A stretch of DNA of 64,000 bases from Spirochaetota bacterium (GTDB lineage Bacteria; Spirochaetota; Spirochaetia; Treponematales; Rectinemataceae): NCBI GenBank assembly GCA_029265615.1, contig JAJUIB010000008.1:40256-104255 (forward strand). Reading direction: 5' to 3'. The first letter of the stretch is position 1. The number at the start of each line of letters is the position of its first letter. Below, piece after piece: positions 58,373 to 64,000 of the stretch. Position numbers and translations under genes: made by a program. Below the pieces are notes generated by a model. That model saw only the letters and a program-made list of their open reading frames with translations, was not told the origin of the DNA and ran no database searches.

Positions 58373-59902
58373 ATGAAGGCTGTCTGGTATGTGGCCCTCC
58401 CTCTTACTGGTCTGATTCTTGGGTGGTCGATCCGCTGGCTTTATGCCAGATTTCAACTCGCCGCCGCCGAGCAGCAGGCGGAACGGATTAAGCAGGACGC
58501 CGTCAAAGAGGCGGAGGCTCAGAAGAAAGAGATCCTGGTAGAGGCGAAAGATCAGCTCATTCGGGAACGGAACCAGCAGGAACGGGAAATTCGCGAACGT
58601 CGTGCAGAGCTCCAGCGCTTTGAACGGCGCACGATGCAGAAAGAAGAGATACTCGACAAGAAAATAGCCGCGATCGACAAGCAGGAGCAGGCGCTCTCTG
58701 CGCGGGAGAAGGCGATCGCGGAAAAAGAGACCTTTCTTGCCGGTCAGGAGGAGCGCTACAGGCAGGAGCTTGAGCGCATCTCCGGTCTCTCCGCCGAAGA
58801 GGCGAAAAAGCTCATTATCCAGGGGCTCGAAAACGAGGCGAAGCGGGACGCCCAGATCATTGTCAACAAGATCGAGCAGGAGGCTCAGGTTGCGGGCGAA
58901 AAGAAAGCGCGCGACATTCTTGTAACGACGATGCAGCGCCTTGCCACCGAGGTGACGACCGAGGTGACGGTGACCTCGGTGAGCCTCCCCTCCGACGAGA
59001 TGAAGGGCCGCATCATCGGCCGCGAGGGCCGCAACATACGCACACTCGAGACGCTGACAGGGGTCGATGTCATCATCGACGACACGCCCGAGGCGGTGGT
59101 CATCTCCTGTTTTGACCCGGTTCGACGCGAGATCGCCCGCGTTTCGCTGGAGCGCCTCATCACCGACGGCCGGATTCATCCCGCGCGGATCGAGGAGGTT
59201 GTGCAGAAGGTCACCCGCGAGATCGCGCAGAAGATCTATGAAGAAGGCGAAAAGGTTGTTTTCGACATCGGTCTTCACAATATGGCGCCCGAGTTGATCA
59301 AGGCGCTTGGGCGGCTCCATTTCCGCACGAGCTACGGCCAGAACGTCCTTGCTCATTCCAAGGAAGTGGCGGTAATCGCGGGGATGCTCGCGGCCGAGCT
59401 CGGCCTCAACCGCGAGATCGCAAAACGCGGGGCTCTCCTCCACGACATCGGCAAAGGCATCGAGACCGATTCGGACCAGAATCACGCGGAGCTCGGCATG
59501 GAGCTCGTTCGGAAACTTGGCGAGGATCCCCGGGTCGTCAATGCGATTGGGGCGCACCACAACGACGTGGAGCCGACCTGCGCGGAGTCGGTGCTCGTGC
59601 AAATCGCCGACGCGATTTCGGCGGCGCGGCCTGGCGCCCGGCGCGAGACGCTCGACAATTATGTGAAGCGGCTCGAGAATCTGGAAAACATCGCCGAGTC
59701 GTTTGGCGGTGTCGAAAAGGCATTCGCGATTCAGGCGGGCCGAGAGCTTCGCATCCTTGTCAACAACGAGCAGGTTTCGGACGAGGGCGCCCGTGAACTG
59801 TGTAAGAGCATTGCGAAAAAGATCGAGAATGATCTGCGCTATCCCGGCCGCATCAAGGTGACGATCATTCGCGAAACGCGGATTGTTGAGTACGCGCGCT
59901 AA
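58373..59902 (+). CDS. rny: Ribonuclease Y
   Basis: N-terminal TM helix, a coiled coil, KH motif GRIIGREGRNIR and HD motif LLHDIGK; 509 aa. Confidence 0.93.
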   Translation: MKAVWYVALPLTGLILGWSIRWLYARFQLAAAEQQAERIKQDAVKEAEAQKKEILVEAKDQLIRERNQQEREIRERRAELQRFERRTMQKEEILDKKIAAIDKQEQALSAREKAIAEKETFLAGQEERYRQELERISGLSAEEAKKLIIQGLENEAKRDAQIIVNKIEQEAQVAGEKKARDILVTTMQRLATEVTTEVTVTSVSLPSDEMKGRIIGREGRNIRTLETLTGVDVIIDDTPEAVVISCFDPVRREIARVSLERLITDGRIHPARIEEVVQKVTREIAQKIYEEGEKVVFDIGLHNMAPELIKALGRLHFRTSYGQNVLAHSKEVAVIAGMLAAELGLNREIAKRGALLHDIGKGIETDSDQNHAELGMELVRKLGEDPRVVNAIGAHHNDVEPTCAESVLVQIADAISAARPGARRETLDNYVKRLENLENIAESFGGVEKAFAIQAGRELRILVNNEQVSDEGARELCKSIAKKIENDLRYPGRIKVTIIRETRIVEYAR

Positions 59903-60003
59903 ACATAGGCATGGCGCGCCTGCAATAGTGCTTTAGGCGCGCGGACTTACGCGCGCTAAACATAGGCATGGCGCGCCTGCAATAGTGCTTTAGGCGCGCG
60001 GAC
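59891..60003 (+). repeat. Perfect 56-bp tandem direct duplication (period 57) spanning the rny stop codon
   Basis: 59891-59946 and 59948-60003 are both tacgcgcgctaaacataggcatggcgcgcctgcaatagtgctttaggcgcgcggac, separated by a single t. Confidence 0.95.
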
Positions 60004-60007
60004 GAGA

Positions 60008-60039
60008 AACGGCTGGCGGGTTTTCGCCGGCCGTTTTTT
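60008..60039 (+). terminator. Intrinsic terminator after rny and the duplicated segment
   Basis: AACGGCTGGCG-ggtttt-CGCCGGCCGTT-TTTTC. Confidence 0.7.
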
Positions 60040-60067
60040 CTAGAGCGCCAGAGTAAGGGGTACTTAA

Positions 60068-60856
60068 GTGGCGGAAATGGTTCGCGTCTTGATGATCGGC
60101 GATGTTGTCGGAGAGCCCGGGATTAAGGCGCTCAATGCGGGGCTTCCCGAACTCGTGCGCCGGACGGGTGCGAGTCTCGTCATCGCCAATGGAGAGAATG
60201 CTTCAGGCGGCTTTGGCATCACCAAGGCCGAGAGCGATAGACTCTTTAGCCTTGGCATCCACGTGATCACGAGCGGGAACCATATCTGGGAGAAGAAGGG
60301 CGCTGCGGAGCTTCTCGATGCGACTCCTCACCTCCTCAGGCCTGCGAACTATCCCGCGGGGGCTCCGGGCCGCGGGGGGGCGATGCTCGAGATAGACGGC
60401 ATAAGCTTTGCCGTGCTCAACCTCCAGGGGCGCGAAGGGCTTTACATGATCGACTGCCCCTTCCGTAGTGCCGATGCATTTATCGCCGCAGTCCGTACCG
60501 AGCGGCCCGATGCGCTCATCCTGGTCGACTTCCATGCCGAGTCGAACGAGGAAAAGGAGGCCCTGGGGCTCTATCTCGACGGCCGCGTTGCCGCGGTTGC
60601 GGGCACTCATACGCATGTTCAGACGGCGGATGAGCGCATTCTCCCCAAGGGAACGGGCTATCTTACGGACCTCGGCATGACCGGTCCCGACAACTCGGTG
60701 ATCGGTGTCAAGTCCGCCATCTGCATCAAGCGGAGCCTTACCCAGATACCCATCAAAATGGAGCCTGCCGAGGGGCAAGCCACAATCCACGGCGCCCTCT
60801 TTACGATCGATTGTGCCACAGGGAAATGCATCGCCATCGAACGAATCCGCGATTAG
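60068..60856 (+). CDS. ymdB: YmdB-family metallophosphoesterase (2',3'-cyclic-nucleotide phosphodiesterase-like)
   Basis: VLMIGDVVGEPG, ANGENASGGFGIT and DFHAE motifs. It sits in the conserved position after rny. GTG at 60068 (RBS AAGGGG) or ATG at 60077. Confidence 0.85.
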   Translation: MAEMVRVLMIGDVVGEPGIKALNAGLPELVRRTGASLVIANGENASGGFGITKAESDRLFSLGIHVITSGNHIWEKKGAAELLDATPHLLRPANYPAGAPGRGGAMLEIDGISFAVLNLQGREGLYMIDCPFRSADAFIAAVRTERPDALILVDFHAESNEEKEALGLYLDGRVAAVAGTHTHVQTADERILPKGTGYLTDLGMTGPDNSVIGVKSAICIKRSLTQIPIKMEPAEGQATIHGALFTIDCATGKCIAIERIRD

Positions 60857-60962
60857 TGGCGCCATACCGCTTTCCCGTAAATCACCGCCTCCCTCCGCCT
60901 TGTAAATAATGCCCAAGCGATTAAGCTTTAGGTATGGACTCCTGTACCAAGGCGGTGTCGAT

Positions 60963-63005
60963 ATGAAGCGTATATCCCTGTCGTTCAGGATCGCGGGCAT
61001 TGTCGCCCTCCTCGTGGCGCTCCTCCTTGGGCTGGTGATTTTTGTGATCGCCGCGCGCCTTCAAGTGTCGCTCGACAAGCTATCCACGACGAACAACAGC
61101 GCCATTATCGAGGCGCGGGCTGCGGAGCTCGGCGAAATACTCGACAAGCTCTACTGGCAAATTAAGATGATCTCCGTCCGTGACCAGATACGCGGCGGTG
61201 ACAAAGAGGTGGTGGCGCGGGTGCTCAAGGCAGTCGCCGCCGAAGTGTCCCCCGAAGTAACCTTTGTCTTCCATGCGGACCCTTCTGGCGACACACTGAC
61301 CTCCCTTGGCACGCGGACAAGCGCCGTGGATCGTAGCTACTTTAAGGCGGTTATCGGTGCTGGGAAGGATTACGCATTTGGCGATCCTGTTGTGTCCAAG
61401 ACGACGAACGCCCCCGCGGTGCACGTTGCACATCGGGTGAAAAATGCAAAGGGCGAGACCAATGGGCTTGTGGCCTTTGAGATCAAGCTCGACACGCTCG
61501 CAAAACTCATCGCGGAGATGGCGATTGGCAGGACGGGCTATGGCTACATCACCGATGCAACGGGTCTGGTTATCGCGCACCCTAAGGCCGAATACATCTT
61601 GAATCTCAATATCACCGAGGCTGACAAGCTTGGTTTTAAAGGTGTCAACGAATTCGGGAAACGCATGCTCGCGACGGAAAAAGGAAGCGGCACCTATTAC
61701 AAGGCCGACGGCACGCCCATAACTGCCTACTACATAGCGGTGCCAAACAGCCCCGGCTGGAAGCTCGGGTTTGCCATTTCCTCCGCCGAGGTGCATGAAA
61801 CCGCAACGTCGCTTCTCACCGTGCTCTATGTGATCCTCGGCATGGGGATTCTACTCGCTATTGTGTTCTCCGCGCTCATCGCCCGGAGCATCGCAAGGCC
61901 GATCGCCACCGTTGTCGCCGGTGTCGCTTGCCTGGAACGCGGCGATCTTGCACTGTCTGGCACCGACCTCGCCGCGACACGCAAGATCACGGCGAGGGGC
62001 GACGAACTCGGCACGCTTGGACGGAGTCTCGAGAGCCTTGTACAAAGCCTTGCGAAGGTCGTCGGTGATATCGGCATCGCAGCGCGACAGGTTTCGGAGG
62101 GCTCACAGCAGCTTTCGGGTACTGCGCAGGGGCTTTCTCAAGGAGCGAATGAGCAGGCTGCGAGTATCGAAGAGCTTTCCGCATCGGTTGAGGAGCTTGC
62201 ATCGACGATTAAGCAGAATGCGGACAACACCGTCCAGGCCGATGCGCTCGCCCGGCGTGTGGCGCTCAATGCCGACGAATCGGGCAAGGCAGTGGCCCAG
62301 ACTACGGCGAGCATGCGCGAGATCGCCTCGCGCATTTCGATCATCGAGGAGATTGCGCGGCAGACGAACCTTCTTGCGCTCAACGCCGCGATCGAGGCGG
62401 CGCGCGCAGGCGAGGCGGGCAAAGGCTTCGCGGTTGTTGCTAGCGAGGTGCGCAAACTTGCCGAGCGGTCGCAGAAAGCTGCAGGAGAGATCAACGAGCT
62501 TTCCCGCACGAGTGTCGAGATCGCGGGTGAGGCCGGGCGGAGGCTCGATGAGCTCGTGCCTGATATCAAAAAGGCCGCTGATCTTATTCAGGAGATCGCT
62601 GCCGCATCGGGCGAGCAGGCAAGCGGAGCCGACCAGATCGCCAAAGGCGTTACGCAGATGGACACCGTAGTCCAGCAGAACGCCGCGGCTTCTGAGGAGC
62701 TTGCAAGCACTGCGGAAGAGCTTGCGTCACAGGCCGAACTTCTTGAGCAGGCGATTGCATTTTTCAAACTGGCGGCAACGACGGACAAAACCTCTCGTAG
62801 CGCTAATGAGCTGCCTCGCTCGCAGCACATTACGTCTATAGAGAGCGCGCGCACCGGGGCTCGGCCGCCACGGACACAGGCGGCGTTTCCTCTTCGGCCT
62901 GAGCGCGCAGAAAGCGGAGAGCCCGCGCCTCAGACGCGCGCCATTGCCCTCAAAAAGGACGAGGGTGCGCCTCCAGTTGACGACGCCGATTTCGAGGAGT
63001 TTTAA
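60963..63005 (+). CDS. Methyl-accepting chemotaxis protein (dCache-like sensor, HAMP, signalling domain, C-terminal tether ending in DFEEF)
   Basis: ATG at 60963 ([23 protein letters not shown]). [29 protein letters not shown] and [42 protein letters not shown] motifs. Confidence 0.85.
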   Translation: MKRISLSFRIAGIVALLVALLLGLVIFVIAARLQVSLDKLSTTNNSAIIEARAAELGEILDKLYWQIKMISVRDQIRGGDKEVVARVLKAVAAEVSPEVTFVFHADPSGDTLTSLGTRTSAVDRSYFKAVIGAGKDYAFGDPVVSKTTNAPAVHVAHRVKNAKGETNGLVAFEIKLDTLAKLIAEMAIGRTGYGYITDATGLVIAHPKAEYILNLNITEADKLGFKGVNEFGKRMLATEKGSGTYYKADGTPITAYYIAVPNSPGWKLGFAISSAEVHETATSLLTVLYVILGMGILLAIVFSALIARSIARPIATVVAGVACLERGDLALSGTDLAATRKITARGDELGTLGRSLESLVQSLAKVVGDIGIAARQVSEGSQQLSGTAQGLSQGANEQAASIEELSASVEELASTIKQNADNTVQADALARRVALNADESGKAVAQTTASMREIASRISIIEEIARQTNLLALNAAIEAARAGEAGKGFAVVASEVRKLAERSQKAAGEINELSRTSVEIAGEAGRRLDELVPDIKKAADLIQEIAAASGEQASGADQIAKGVTQMDTVVQQNAAASEELASTAEELASQAELLEQAIAFFKLAATTDKTSRSANELPRSQHITSIESARTGARPPRTQAAFPLRPERAESGEPAPQTRAIALKKDEGAPPVDDADFEEF

Positions 63006-63775
63006 GCATGCGCGACGAGTACAAGGAAGGGTGCGGCTGCTTCGCGAAACGGCGCGCCGCTCCAGTCTGCATACGCGCAAGGCGCTGTGTAGCCTGTTTG
63101 CACAAGGGCATCGAGAAGAGCACGGTAGGTGATAGGGAGGAGGCGCGTTTCGTCTCGTTCAATATGGGGATCGTTCGGTTCGCCCGTGCTCGACCTGCGC
63201 GCAAGCTCGGTCTGAAACACGAGGGCGCCACCTCCTCCCGGTGTGTACCGCCGTCCGAATTCCAGCTCCCCCGCGATGATTGGAGGGAGGATGTAGTCCG
63301 CGCGGCCTTGTGAAAAGGCGGCTAGAATGGGTGTGTAGTTGAGGAGTTGGAGAACGAGGGCGCCTCCAGGTTTCGTGACACGGCGGCAGGCAGTTAGGAC
63401 CATCTGGAGCTCTGCCGCATCGCGCAGGTGGGGAAGGGTATTGCCAAGGCAGAGGACAAGGTCAAAATGGCCGTTTGGCAAGTCTGCGACATCGAGCATG
63501 CCACCAGAGTGGAAGCTTACCTGCGCGTCAAGCCTTCTGTGGACGGTCTTTTCGCGCGCACGAACGAGCATCGCGTCGGATGGCTCAAGGCCCATCCCCT
63601 CCCAGCCGCGCTCGGCAAGAGCGCGCAGTTGGGCGCCGGTCGCCGAACCGAGGTCGAGGACGCGCCGCAGCCTTCCATTCACTACGGGAACGACTCCATC
63701 AAGAAACTTCGTCGCCGCCTCTTGTTGGGGGAAAAGCGCGTCGTATGCGTCGGCAAGATGCTCATAAAGGCCCAT
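63002..63775 (-). CDS. Class I SAM-dependent methyltransferase
   Basis: SAM motif [21 protein letters not shown]. 257 aa. Its stop overlaps the convergent MCP stop region. Confidence 0.75.
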   Translation of the reverse strand: MGLYEHLADAYDALFPQQEAATKFLDGVVPVVNGRLRRVLDLGSATGAQLRALAERGWEGMGLEPSDAMLVRAREKTVHRRLDAQVSFHSGGMLDVADLPNGHFDLVLCLGNTLPHLRDAAELQMVLTACRRVTKPGGALVLQLLNYTPILAAFSQGRADYILPPIIAGELEFGRRYTPGGGGALVFQTELARRSSTGEPNDPHIERDETRLLPITYRALLDALVQTGYTAPCAYADWSGAPFREAAAPFLVLVAHA

Positions 63776-63800
63776 GGAGAGAAAATACTCATTTTGGGGC

Positions 63801-63853
63801 TTGACGGCGAGAGTGGAAGGTTATATATAGGATATAGGACTCCTGAATCCTAT
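63801..63853 (+). promoter_or_regulatory. Candidate promoter (TTGACG-N17-TATATA) overlapped by a 27-nt palindrome (candidate Rrf2 operator)
   Basis: -35 at 63801-63806 and -10 at 63824-63829. The palindrome ATAGGAT-at-AGGAcTCCT-ga-ATCCTAT lies at 63827-63853. Confidence 0.4.
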
Positions 63854-63869
63854 TTATAGAGAGGCAGTC

Positions 63870-64000
63870 ATGGATCGGCTTCTCAACATTTCCGACCGTA
63901 GCAACGCCGCGCTCCATGCGCTTGCCCTTGCAGCGAAGGCGGAGGGACCGCTTTCTGTGGAGAAGTTAGCGGAAACGCTCGGAGTTTCGCCGAGCTACCT
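63870..64000 (+). CDS. Rrf2-family transcriptional regulator (3' end outside the window)
   Basis: ATG at 63870 preceded by GAGAGG. MDRLLNISDRSNAALHALALAAKAEGPLSVEKLAETLGVSPSY fits the Rrf2 N-terminal wHTH pattern. The frame is open to the window edge. Confidence 0.7.
   Translation, partial: MDRLLNISDRSNAALHALALAAKAEGPLSVEKLAETLGVSPSY

Noticed and set aside
57884-59602. 572-aa minus-strand ORF antisense to rny and running into the RRM leader
   Set aside because: rny on the plus strand is unambiguous (KH and HD motifs, consensus promoter, RBS). The antisense ORF has no RBS and an unnatural composition. Its 3' portion is what makes the leader region look coding.
59891-60003. CRISPR-like repeat
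   Set aside because: There are only two copies. They are directly adjacent with a 1-nt gap and no spacers, and there are no cas genes. It is a tandem duplication, not an array.

Overview
High-GC bacterial chromosomal segment. Hand counts of single 60-nt lines give about 70% GC in typical genes; I did not compute window-wide GC. It is densely coding on both strands. I can support about 50 protein genes and 3 tRNA genes: Leu-UAA, Pro-CGG and Asp-GUC. I saw no rRNA, CRISPR array, transposase, integrase or phage genes. All product calls come from motifs I read in the supplied translations, not from database searches. Non-CDS coordinates were hand-derived and may be off by 1-3 nt.

Gene content suggests a spirochete (Treponema- or Spirochaeta-like). 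The evidence is a 595-aa AlaRS without the C-terminal domain, four methyl-accepting chemotaxis proteins, rny-ymdB, a possible P83/100-like antigen and looser lipoboxes. This taxonomic call is inference only.

Layout:
- 1-11 kb is the only accessory-looking part. It is a three-gene surface-protein locus next to tRNA-Leu: a 5'-truncated Ig/TIG/propeller protein, a lipoprotein, and a 2364-aa protein of about 15 Ig-like modules ending in a beta-barrel-like tail.
- 11-19.7 kb carries an OMP, bcp, a methyltransferase, a patatin, tRNA-Asp/Pro with duplicated tRNA-Pro 3' fragments, an Rsm22-like methyltransferase with a long basic extension, tdh and an S41 peptidase.
- 19.9-27.7 kb carries tandem MCP paralogs, pdxA, and aldehyde:ferredoxin oxidoreductase with a MoaD-like gene.
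- 27.8-34.2 kb carries a RumA-type methyltransferase, a propeller+HEAT protein, an Ala/Glu coiled-coil protein and fused pyrB-pyrI behind a terminator-like hairpin.
- 34.3-47.7 kb carries a sensor kinase, a TetR-lipA-lplB-lplA operon, an SLT transglycosylase, a single-domain asparaginase plus TetR, an epimerase, GAF-HD-GYP, alaS and an MCP.
- 47.9-55.3 kb is an eight-gene translationally coupled operon: dxs-folP-cdaA-cdaR-acpS-DUF2225-truA-HAD.
- 55.3-64 kb carries a cNMP-binding protein, rluD, a CheY-like regulator, an RRM protein with a ~345-nt leader, rny with a perfect 56-bp tandem duplication at its 3' end, ymdB, an MCP, a methyltransferase and the start of an Rrf2 regulator.

I found no recognisable defence or mobile system. 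The best candidates for something new are the giant Ig-repeat protein with its C-terminal barrel-like anchor, the long structured leader of the RRM gene, the tRNA-Pro scar region and the hairpin placed directly in front of pyrBI.
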